Below are positions 38,584 to 47,247 of a stretch of DNA of 64,000 nucleotides, one piece after another (within the stretch, counting starts at the first letter, position 1; each line of letters opens with the position of its first letter). The translations under genes were made by a program, and so were the position numbers. The DNA lies in assembly GCA_963782055.1 (NCBI GenBank), contig CAWAIF010000003.1:4864001-4928000 (forward strand). The letters are read 5' to 3'. The DNA comes from an uncultured delta proteobacterium. GTDB taxonomy: Bacteria > Myxococcota_A > Polyangia > Polyangiales > Polyangiaceae. The notes beneath the pieces were generated by a model, which made no database searches, was not told where the DNA came from, and saw only the letters and a list, made by a program, of their open reading frames with translations.

Positions 38584-40425
38584 ATGGCGGCAGTCGATCC
38601 AGAATCGCAGGGCGCAGCCGAGGTGACCCCCAAGGACCTGTACTCCAAGCTGCGGCGCGTGCTGCGCGTCTGGCGTGCGGTGGCCCTCCGCGCCGAGCTG
38701 CGCATCGCCCCGACGGAGTCGCAGCGGCTCTTCATCCTCACCATCGTGCTCGGCCTGGTGTGCGGCTTCGCCGCCGTGGCCTTCCACCTCGCCATCTTCT
38801 TCGCCGACGATCACCTCATCAGCCGCGCGATGCGCGCCTCCGGCAAGTCGTGGATGGTCTGGACCATCATCACGCCCACGGTCGGCGGCCTCGTCTCCGG
38901 CGCGCTCCTCCAGTACGTCTTCCCCAAGTCGCGCGGCAGCGGCGTCCCCCAGGTGAAGGTGGCCTTCGCCTCGCGCGAGGGCGTCGTCACCGTGCGCGAG
39001 GCGATCGGGAAGTTCTTCGTCGGCGTGCTGCAGATCGGCACCGGGTCGTCGCTCGGCCTGGAGGGCCCCACGGTGCAGATCTGCGCGGGCGTCTCCAGCC
39101 TGCTCGGCAAGCTGATGCAGGTCTCCCCGCAGAGCCGGCGGCGGCTGATCCCGGTGGGCGCGGCGGCCGGCATCGCGGCGGCGTTCAACGCCCCCATCGC
39201 GGCGGTCACCTTCACCATCGAGGAGGTGGTCGGGCAGCTCGACCAGACCGTCCTCTCCGGCGTCATCATCGCCGCGGCGCTCTCCGCCGTGATCGAGCGC
39301 AGCGTCCTCGGCTCAAACCCGGTCCTGGGCGTGCCGGAGCACTTCAGCCTGAGCGACCCGCGGTCTCTGCTGCTGTACGCCGCGCTGGGCGTCGCGGCCG
39401 CGGGCGTCTCGGTCACCTTCACCGACGGCCTGCTCAAGCTGCGCCTCGCCTTCCGCAAGCTGAAGTTCGTCCCGGCCTGGGCGCACCCGGCGGTCGGCGC
39501 CGGCGCCACCGGCCTGCTCGCGGTGGTGGTCCTCGCGGTCTTCCACAAGGGCGGCGTGACGGGCGGCGGCTACGCGGTGCTGGAGGAGTCGCTCCGCGGC
39601 TCCCTCGGCTGGCGCGTGCTCTGCGTGCTCTGCGTCGCCAAGATCGCCTCCACCGTCTTCTCCTACTCCAGCGGCGGCGCCGGCGGCATCTTCGCCCCCG
39701 CGCTCTTCATGGGCGGCACGCTGGGCGGCGCCTTCGGCTACCTGGACAGCGCCATCTTCCACCACTCCGACGTCGGCGCCTTCGCCCTGGTGGGGATGGG
39801 CGCCGTCTTCAGCGCCACCATCCGCGCGCCGATGACGAGCGTCCTCATCATCGTGGAGATGACGTCCGGCTACGGGCTGATCCTGCCGCTGATGATCGCC
39901 AACATGAGCGCGTACATCCTGGCCCGCCAGTTCCGGCCGGAGCCGGTGTACGAGGCGCTCCTCGCGCAGGACGGCATCCACCTCGGCGGTCGGGCCATGC
40001 TGGACGCCCTGGAGTACCTGAAGCTGGACAAGCTCATCGCCCACGAGGGCACCTTCGTCACCTTCCGGCGAACGGCCCTGCCGAGCGAGCTGCTGCGCAA
40101 GATCGGCCAGAGCCCCCAGCAGGGCGTCTTCCCGGTGGTCAACGAGGACGGCAAGCTCCTCGGCCTCATCACGCCGGAGGACGTGGGCGTGCTGGAGGCG
40201 GAGCCGGAGCTGGAGCTGGTGGTCAACGCCTCCGACCTCATGCGCACGCCCCCCATCAGCGTGCGGCGCGAGGACGACCTGCGCACCGTCTACGAGCTGA
40301 TGCAGGCCGAGAGCCTGAGGCAGGTCCCGGTGCTCGACGAGACCGATCACATCATCGGCCTGGTCGACGAGACGGAGATCGCCCAGGCGTACCTGCACGC
40401 CACCGGGGGCCCGGGCCATCATTAA
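38584..40425 (+). CDS. ClC-family chloride transporter with CBS domains
   Basis: GSGVP, GLEGP, FTIEE, GGIFAP, PVY; C-terminal CBS pair. Confidence 0.92.
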   Translation: MAAVDPESQGAAEVTPKDLYSKLRRVLRVWRAVALRAELRIAPTESQRLFILTIVLGLVCGFAAVAFHLAIFFADDHLISRAMRASGKSWMVWTIITPTVGGLVSGALLQYVFPKSRGSGVPQVKVAFASREGVVTVREAIGKFFVGVLQIGTGSSLGLEGPTVQICAGVSSLLGKLMQVSPQSRRRLIPVGAAAGIAAAFNAPIAAVTFTIEEVVGQLDQTVLSGVIIAAALSAVIERSVLGSNPVLGVPEHFSLSDPRSLLLYAALGVAAAGVSVTFTDGLLKLRLAFRKLKFVPAWAHPAVGAGATGLLAVVVLAVFHKGGVTGGGYAVLEESLRGSLGWRVLCVLCVAKIASTVFSYSSGGAGGIFAPALFMGGTLGGAFGYLDSAIFHHSDVGAFALVGMGAVFSATIRAPMTSVLIIVEMTSGYGLILPLMIANMSAYILARQFRPEPVYEALLAQDGIHLGGRAMLDALEYLKLDKLIAHEGTFVTFRRTALPSELLRKIGQSPQQGVFPVVNEDGKLLGLITPEDVGVLEAEPELELVVNASDLMRTPPISVRREDDLRTVYELMQAESLRQVPVLDETDHIIGLVDETEIAQAYLHATGGPGHH

Positions 40426-40426
40426 T

Positions 40427-40772
40427 GGGAGGGGCGGCACGCGCCGCCCCTCCCCGCCCAACGTGAAGTTGGGCGGGGCCCCTCCCCACGCGGGGCCTCC
40501 GCTACGCGTCGGCCTTTGCGCGCGCCGACCCCATGCGAGACTGCTGCCGCTCGCGCCGCCCCTCCACGCGGGGCCTCCGCTACGCGTCGGCCTTTGCGCG
40601 CGCCGACCCCATGCGAGACTGCTGCCGCTCGCGCCGCCCCTCCCCGCCCAACGTGAAGTTGGGCGGGGCCCCTCCCCACGCGGGGCCTCCGCTACGCGTC
40701 GGGGCGGGGCCGCTGCTACCACAACGCGTGGCCTGCTGCCGCTCGCGCCGCCCCTCCCCGCGCCGCCCCTCC
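40427..40772. repeat. REP/BIME-like mosaic of palindromic repeats
   Basis: 78-bp unit at 40486 and 40564; 72-bp unit at 40441 and 40631 with hairpin ccccgcccaac-gtgaa-gttgggcgggg; ctccgctacgcgtcgg x3. Confidence 0.8.
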
Positions 40773-40848
40773 GCACTCGCCGTTCGACGGGCGAATGCGC
40801 TCCCCACGGCGCACATGAAGGTCTAACCTCCGGCGGCTCGAGTCCGCC

Positions 40849-42234
40849 ATGCGCCTGTCCAAACTGCTCGTCCCGGATCTGAAGGAGCTCCTCAAGGAGG
40901 ATCCCGACCAGGTGCGCGAGCTGCTCGACGAGATCCACCCCGAGGATCTCGCCGACGTGGTGAGCGAGCTCGACCCGGACGAGGCCGGCGAGATCCTCTC
41001 CCGCCTCCCGGCCGAGGAGGCCGCGCCCATCTTCGAGCGCCTCGACGAGTTCGAGCAGGAGGAGCTCATCGAGACGATGCCGCCGGAGAGCGTGGCGCGC
41101 ATCGCCAGCGAGATGGAGCCGGACGATCGCGCCGACCTCTTCTCCGCGCTCCCGGAGGACGTGGGCGATCGCCTGCTCGCCACCCTCGAGAAGGTGGACC
41201 CGGAGGCCGCGGAGGACGTCCGCGAGATCGAGAAGTACGCCGACACCGCCGCCGGCCACCTGATGACGACGAAGTACGTCTCGGTGCCGCCCACCGCGAC
41301 GGTGGCCCAGGCGCTGGACGCGGTGCGCGCCTTCGTCAAGGAGAACGAGGACTCGCCGGTCTACAACGTCTACGTCATGGACGAGCGCGAGCAGCTGCTC
41401 GGCCTCATGTCGCTGCGCGAGCTCGTCGCCGCCGACCCCAACGACAAGCTGGAGGAGCTGGCGCGCACCAACATCATCACCGTGCCCCCCGACATGGACC
41501 AGGAGGAGGTCGCCCGCAGCATGGCGAAGTACGACCTCGCCGCCGTGCCCGTCGTCGGTCCGCACAACGTGCTCCTCGGCATGATCACCATCGACGACAT
41601 CATCGACGTCCTCACGCAGGAGCAGACGGAGGACGTGCAGCGGATCGGCGGTGTCGAGCCGCTGGACGTGCCCTACTTCCAGACGAGCTTCTTCGAGTTC
41701 ATCAAGAAGCGCGGCGTGTGGCTGCTCATCCTCTTCGTCGAGGAGTTCTTCACGCAGACCGCCCTGCGCTACTACGACCCCGTCTTCGAGGCGATCAAGG
41801 GCGCCAGCTACTACGTGCCGCTGCTCATCTCCACCGGCGGCAACTCCGGATCGCAGTCCTCCACCCTCATCATCCGTGGCCTGGCGGTCGGGGAGATCCG
41901 CCCGCGCGACTGGTGGCGCATCGTCTTCCGCGAGGCGGCGATGGGGCTGGTGCTCGGCGCGATGCTCGGCGCGATCGGCTTCGCGCGCGTGCTGATGTAC
42001 CCCGACCAGCACGTCAACTTCGCCCTCACGGTGGCGATCACGCTGGTGGGCATCGTGATGACCGGGTGCACCATCGGGTCGATGCTGCCGCTCGGGCTCA
42101 AGCGCCTGGGCTTCGACCCGGCGACGAGCTCGACGCCCTTCATCGCGAGCGTGGTGGACGTGGTCGGGATCATCATCTTCGTGCACGTCGCGCAGATCGT
42201 GATGGCCGCGGTGATCGCCCGCGGAGGTCATTGA
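40849..42234 (+). CDS. mgtE: Magnesium transporter MgtE
   Basis: HPEDLAD N-domain, CBS pair, STGGNSGSQSSTLIIR, DPATSSTPFI..VVD. Confidence 0.95.
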   Translation: MRLSKLLVPDLKELLKEDPDQVRELLDEIHPEDLADVVSELDPDEAGEILSRLPAEEAAPIFERLDEFEQEELIETMPPESVARIASEMEPDDRADLFSALPEDVGDRLLATLEKVDPEAAEDVREIEKYADTAAGHLMTTKYVSVPPTATVAQALDAVRAFVKENEDSPVYNVYVMDEREQLLGLMSLRELVAADPNDKLEELARTNIITVPPDMDQEEVARSMAKYDLAAVPVVGPHNVLLGMITIDDIIDVLTQEQTEDVQRIGGVEPLDVPYFQTSFFEFIKKRGVWLLILFVEEFFTQTALRYYDPVFEAIKGASYYVPLLISTGGNSGSQSSTLIIRGLAVGEIRPRDWWRIVFREAAMGLVLGAMLGAIGFARVLMYPDQHVNFALTVAITLVGIVMTGCTIGSMLPLGLKRLGFDPATSSTPFIASVVDVVGIIIFVHVAQIVMAAVIARGGH

Positions 42235-42312
42235 CCTCACGTCCCGGCGCCATCCCCGTTGCCCGTTGGTTGAGGTTCACGACCACCGATCGGCGCGCAG
42301 AAAGGAGCGAGG

Positions 42313-43092
42313 TCACTTCTTCGGCTTCTTCGCCAGGCTGGCGGGGCACTCGACGGCGGCGACGGTGTAGTCGTCGGAGGTCGCGGGGATGATGTGGGTG
42401 GGGTGGGGGCCGGCGGTCTTCGGGCAGTAGGTGAAGTCCACCTCCGCCGAGGCGGGCGGCGTCGCCAGCTTGTCGCCGAAGGGGGTCTTCATCTCCAGCG
42501 TGAGGGTGTTGCCCGCGCCGGCGCTGATCGCCAGCACCCGCACGCAGCGGCCGTTGAGGACGAACTTGGTGTCCAGGGTCTGCTCGCCGGAGGTGGTCTG
42601 CGGCGGCATGAGCACGTCCTTGCATCCCTTCACGTAGAGCTCCTTGAGACGCGCCGTCATGCGCGCCTCGCCCAGCGCGCCGACCTCGCTCGCCCTGGCG
42701 GCCTTCGCCTCCTCGACGGCCTTCGACGTGGCCGCGGGGCCGCCTCCCCGCGTCTTCGGCGCGGCGGCGGCGGCGGCGGTGGTGGGGGCCGGCGCGGCGA
42801 GGTAGACGACCGCCAGCACCGCGCCGGTGATGAGCAGCGGCACCGCGATGACCAGCACCACCAGGATGCCCATCGCCCGGCTCGCGGATCGCCGCGTGGT
42901 CTCGGCGGTCTCCAGGGCGAGCTCGCGGGACTCGCGCTCCAGGCGCTCCCGGCGCTGCTCGGCGCGCGCCTCCAGGATCTCCGGCGGCAGCGTGGTCTCC
43001 TCGCCGCAGAACTCGCACCGCGCGACCACCGCGTCGACGTCGTCGGGCACCGCGAGCGCCGCACCGCAGCTATGGCAAACGAAGCCGTCCAT
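42313..43092 (-). CDS. Zinc-ribbon + TM hypothetical protein
   Basis: CHSCGA...CEFCG, coiled segment, TM helix, extracytoplasmic Cys-containing domain. Confidence 0.7.
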   Translation of the reverse strand: MDGFVCHSCGAALAVPDDVDAVVARCEFCGEETTLPPEILEARAEQRRERLERESRELALETAETTRRSASRAMGILVVLVIAVPLLITGAVLAVVYLAAPAPTTAAAAAAPKTRGGGPAATSKAVEEAKAARASEVGALGEARMTARLKELYVKGCKDVLMPPQTTSGEQTLDTKFVLNGRCVRVLAISAGAGNTLTLEMKTPFGDKLATPPASAEVDFTYCPKTAGPHPTHIIPATSDDYTVAAVECPASLAKKPKK

Positions 43093-43214
43093 GCGTCCGG
43101 AGCATAACCCGTCGCGGACACGAGGGCCCCCCGGCTCCTTCCTTCCTCGAGCCACGCCCGCCGCGACGCAACGCCCGACGTGTGAGGCTTGGCTAGCGAT
43201 GCCGAAAAGACCAG

Positions 43215-43744
43215 CTACTTCTGGCAGATCGCCTCGCATCCCGCGGTGCCGTTGCGCTCGACGCAGAAGCAATCGTACGCCCCCGCGGGCTGGCCGCAGG
43301 ACCACCGCAGGGCGCAGAAGCCAGTGTCCTTTCCCTTCGGCACGCCACAGAAGGAGAGGCCGCGACCGTCGCCGACCACGTACTGCGTGGCCCACGCGTC
43401 GCAGAAGGCGTCGCCGGAGGGGCCGGCGTTGCACGCCGGCGGACCGAGCACGTCCCCCACGCAGAAGTACGGCGGCGGCTGGAACTTGATGCCGCACGCC
43501 GCGGTCGCCATGCCGGCGGGCTCAGTGGTCCGTATCCACTGATCGCACACCGGATCCTCGGTCCCGGCCTCGGCCGTGCAGCTCGGTCCAGGGTACCGAG
43601 CGTCCACGCTCGCGTCGTAGTCGACGCACCCCCACCCGGCGTCATGGATCGCGGCCAGATCACCGCCCTGGGCAGGGTCGATCACCTTGCCGTTGCTGCA
43701 CGCCGTGAGCGCCAGCGGGACGAGGACCACGGGGCTCGCGTCAC
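43215..43744 (-). CDS. Small 14-Cys lipoprotein, copy 2 (probable 1-nt deletion near start)
   Basis: Lipobox LTAC; paralog of 44400-44948. Coupled GTG at 43744 is one base short of frame; in-frame GTG at 43730. Confidence 0.65.
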
Positions 43745-44380
43745 GGATTGGTGATGGTAGCAGCCTGGCCGGTGCCGAGCTGGTTGTGGCTCTTGTCATA
43801 GGCCGTGTACACGGGGAACACGTCGAGGGTCGTGTTCTGCGACGCGCACACCGTGAGCGGAGCGGCGGCCATCTCGTTGTAGTTGCCCAGCCGGTAGTAC
43901 GACCCGCCTGTCGAGAGCTGGAACACCGGCTGGAGGCGCAGGGACTGCCCCCCGGTGCCAGGCTCCCACGTGTTCGCCGTGACGCTGCGCGGATCGCGCG
44001 AGTCGTTCATGGTGACCTCGACTCGCTGGTCGTGCGCATCGGACTCATAGCGGACACGCCGTCTGCCCGGGCGCCATCGCCACGCCGCCGCACGGGCCCG
44101 CGCCGGCCGCGTCGCAGAGCGTCCACGGGATCGTCGTCGTCGGGGAGGGGTTGTCGATGAAGCCCCAGCCCATCGGCGAACCGTTGCTGTTGTTGAAGGC
44201 CGCCAGCAGGCGCCCGTTCTGGAACACCGTCGAGAAGGTGTTCTGGCTGGGGCTCATGGGATCCAGCCTGCCCACGTGGCCGCTCGCGGACGCGACCGAG
44301 CCGACCGGCTCGTGACGGGAGCAGCCCAGCCACGCCGCGAAGAGGAGCAGCGAGAACGCGACATTTCCCCGAAAAACCAT
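43741..44380 (-). pseudogene. Internally deleted/frameshifted BNR-like secreted lipoprotein, copy 2
   Basis: AAGGAGG + ATG 44380, lipobox WLGC; frame stops at 44045; another frame from about 44055 (VRYESD...RLGNYNEM...DVFPVYT) aligns with the C-terminus of 44959-45892. Confidence 0.6.
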
Positions 44381-44399
44381 GAGCACACCCTCCTTCATT

Positions 44400-44948
44400 T
44401 CACTGACACGGAGACTCGCAGGTCCAGCCGGCGTCGCGAGCCACACACAGCTGCCAGTCAGCGCAGTTCGAGAACTGACCATTGCACTCCCCTTGCGCCA
44501 CGAGCCGGCACTCCGAAAAAACGTTAGCCTCGCATCGGGCAACAAAGGAAGCGCTACCACGAATGAACTGTCTGAAGAACTCATGGCAGTAGGCATCGCC
44601 CTGCGGACCTGGGATGCAGGCTGAGGGCGGAAGAAATGCCACGCAGTTGCTAGCATTGGGATCGTCCGAGGGGGCGCACGCAACAAACAGCGGCTCTGGG
44701 GCGGAGAGCGTCTTCCGACACTCCTGGTCTATCGCCGGCACGCCCGCGTCGCCGCATGCTGCGGGCGTGATCGGCGCGTGGAAATCGCCACAGGCCACCC
44801 CGTTGGGGGCGGTCAACGGTGCCAGAGCGTCCACGTCGCCGCCCGCGGTCAGGCCGTGCCAGCCGTCATCGACGGTGCCACCGCAAAACGCCGCCGTGGC
44901 GCCACAGGTTAGCGACAGCACGCCGAGGAGGAAGCGCCGGAGATGCAT
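44400..44948 (-). CDS. Small 14-Cys lipoprotein, copy 1
   Basis: Signal peptide with AAFC; C..GP.GDA.C and CV.R....CE.PCQ shared with copy 2. Confidence 0.7.
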   Translation of the reverse strand: MHLRRFLLGVLSLTCGATAAFCGGTVDDGWHGLTAGGDVDALAPLTAPNGVACGDFHAPITPAACGDAGVPAIDQECRKTLSAPEPLFVACAPSDDPNASNCVAFLPPSACIPGPQGDAYCHEFFRQFIRGSASFVARCEANVFSECRLVAQGECNGQFSNCADWQLCVARDAGWTCESPCQ

Positions 44949-44958
44949 CGTGGGCCCC

Positions 44959-45892
44959 TCAGTTTGGGTCCACCCGGAGGTTCTGCGACTTCACCTGCGA
45001 GAGCGGCCCGCCGGTGATCGTCACCTGTCCCGTCCACATCGGCCGGAAATCGGCCGTGGCCGGGCAGGTCGAGCTGTCGCCCGACTGGCTGGCGATCATC
45101 GACTGATAGTCGCCCAGGCCACGCTGTCCCTGGCAAGTCGGCCCACCGCCGGTGGGGACGGAATCGAAGAAGCCCAGCGCCGGCTCTATCTGGTCGGGGC
45201 CCTGCCATGGCAATTCCACCGTTCCGAGGATCGAGCGGGCACGGAAGCGGACGGTATACTGGACATCGTTTTGGTCGGTCTCGTAGTAGAGAACACCGAC
45301 AGCGCTCTTGGTTGCCGCGACCGTCGGGAAGAAGAGTGCGGCACCCCCAGAGTCAGGGAGGAAGGCGGCCACGCTACAGACGCCGGTCGTGTATTGCTGC
45401 GTGTCGCCGCAGAACTCGCTCCAGTGACTGCCGAGGTCCACGCTGCGAAAGAAACGGATGGACGAGAGCGTGTCGGCGATCGCAGCGTAGTACGTACCAT
45501 TGGGCGCGCGAGCAAAGCCGAAGTTCCTGAAGGACGTGTCCAGCTGCGACATCGCGCACCAGGAGAAGTTGTTGCTGTGGTAGATGTAGGCGTTGGGTGT
45601 CCAGCTATCACCGCCGTCGAAGGACGTCACGGTGCCCCAACCCGCCGAGACCGTGCTCGTCGGGCAGCAGGGGTCGTCGGAGCGGTTGAGGTACACGACG
45701 GACACGGCGCCGCCACCGGCCTGCGCCAGGAACCCTCCCTGACCTCCCACGAACCCCGGACCTTCGTCATCGCTGCACGCCGCAAGGCCGCCGAGCCCCA
45801 CGGCTAGCGCCGCGAGAGCCGCCCGGGCGCGGAAACGACCGCGAAGCTCACCCCTGCCTGCCTGCCTGCCTGCCTGCCTGCGCGAAGATCAT
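44959..45892 (-). CDS. Asp-box (BNR)/sialidase-like secreted lipoprotein, copy 1; out of frame at (CAGG)7 tract
   Basis: Asp boxes SFDGGDSW and SVDLGSHW; lipobox LAAC; AGGAGG 8 nt before ATG 45892, which is in frame only with 6 or 9 repeat units. Confidence 0.65.
45853..45880. repeat. Tetranucleotide simple sequence repeat (CCTG)7 / (CAGG)7
   Basis: Seven perfect CCTG units read directly. Confidence 0.95.
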
Positions 45893-46067
45893 GCCGGCGC
45901 CCTCCTGAAGTTCACGCTATCTCGTGAGACTGCGCATACAAGCACGAACGCGACATTATCCACGCGCCGAATCTGGAAGCATCTGCACCGGGCGTTCGGA
46001 CTGACCGATTGGTCGCGTCGATCGACTCCCTAGGGTGTAGTTTCGTCCCGAGCCAGGCGGGATCAGC

Positions 46068-47183
46068 TCAGTACTGCACGGGCGTCGGGACGTTGCGCAG
46101 GTCCGTCGTGCGGTCGGCGATCTGCCCGTGATCGTTGGCGCCGAAGCAGCGCAGCCAGCCGTCCTCCATGCGCACGCAGGAGAAGCCGTCGCCGACGGCG
46201 ACGTTCGCCGCCTCGTAGAGACCGGTGACGAAGGTGGGGACCGTGACCGCGTCGTTCGCCGACATGCTCGCCTGGTGGGCGTCGTTGCGGCCCCAGCAGT
46301 GGACCGTGCTGTCGCCCATGCGCGCGCACGTGTGGTGCCCGCCCGCCGCGATGTCCTTCACGATGTTCTCGCCGGAGACGGGCCGCGGCACCGCGCGGTC
46401 GTGCGTCGTGCCGTCGCCCAGCTCGCCGTCCGCTCCCCTGCCCCAGCACTGCGCCGTCTCGTTCTGCATCACCGCGCAGGCGTGGGTGGCGCCCACGGCG
46501 ACGGAGCGGATGCCCACGGCTTCCACTCGCACCGGGACGGGCGAGCCGTCCGTCTTGCCGTCGCCGAGCTGGCCGACATCGCCGGCGCCCCAGCACTTCG
46601 CCATGCCGTCGAGCATCACCGCGCAGGTGGTGTCGCCGCCCGCCGCCACGTGCGTGGCCGCCGCCGTGCCGGCCACCAGCACCGGCGACGCGTGGTCGGC
46701 CTTCGCGCCGTCGCCGAGCTGCCCGGTCGCCCCGGCGCCCCAGCAGAAGACGCCCTGCCCGGTGACGACCGCGCAGGTGTGCGCGGCCCCGCACGCGACC
46801 TGGGTGGCGTGCGCGACCGCCGGCACCGTCACCGGCGCGGAGCTGGCCGCCACCTTGCCGTCGCCGAGCTGCCCGTGGTCGTCCTTGCCCCAGCACGTCA
46901 CCGCGCCCGACTTGCCGATCGCGCACGCGTGCCCGCCCCCCACGCACACCGACGCGGCGCCGGAGACGCCGGGCACCACCGTGGGCGTGAGCAGGCGCGC
47001 GGCGGCGCCTGGTACCAGCCCCCCGCGGTTGTCTCCCCAGCAGCGCACCGAGCCGTCGTGCATGACCCCGCACACGCTGGTGCCCTGCGCGGCGACGGCG
47101 TCCAGCTTGTACGCGTCGCCGTGCTTGCGGTGGCACCCCGCGAGGGTCAGGAGCGCGAACGGGACGACGACGGCGCGATGCAC
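46068..47183 (-). CDS. RCC1/BLIP-II repeat lipoprotein
   Basis: Repeated H.CA...G...CWG....GQLGDG; lipobox LAGC; start 47183 or 47228. Confidence 0.88.
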   Translation of the reverse strand: MHRAVVVPFALLTLAGCHRKHGDAYKLDAVAAQGTSVCGVMHDGSVRCWGDNRGGLVPGAAARLLTPTVVPGVSGAASVCVGGGHACAIGKSGAVTCWGKDDHGQLGDGKVAASSAPVTVPAVAHATQVACGAAHTCAVVTGQGVFCWGAGATGQLGDGAKADHASPVLVAGTAAATHVAAGGDTTCAVMLDGMAKCWGAGDVGQLGDGKTDGSPVPVRVEAVGIRSVAVGATHACAVMQNETAQCWGRGADGELGDGTTHDRAVPRPVSGENIVKDIAAGGHHTCARMGDSTVHCWGRNDAHQASMSANDAVTVPTFVTGLYEAANVAVGDGFSCVRMEDGWLRCFGANDHGQIADRTTDLRNVPTPVQY

Positions 47184-47247
47184 GCGGCAACGTCTAGCAC
47201 GCGCGGCGCCCGCGGGGGGCTCTGCCATGCGTGGCAGACACTCCGCC

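Noticed and set aside
38601..38606. Third GATTCT (AGAATC) site as a frameshift
   Set aside because: The ClC gene reads through it in frame from ATG 38584, so the motif alone does not imply a shift.
40427..40772. CRISPR array
   Set aside because: The sequences between repeats are themselves repeated, periods are irregular (78, 112 nt) and no cas genes are nearby; fits a REP-like mosaic.
40773..40848. M-box (ykoK) riboswitch upstream of mgtE
   Set aside because: Too little non-repeat sequence and no recognisable M-box motifs.
45799..45801. GTG 45801 as the true start of the Asp-box gene
   Set aside because: No SD, and it truncates the signal peptide to 8 residues; the SD-led ATG at 45892 is more plausible.
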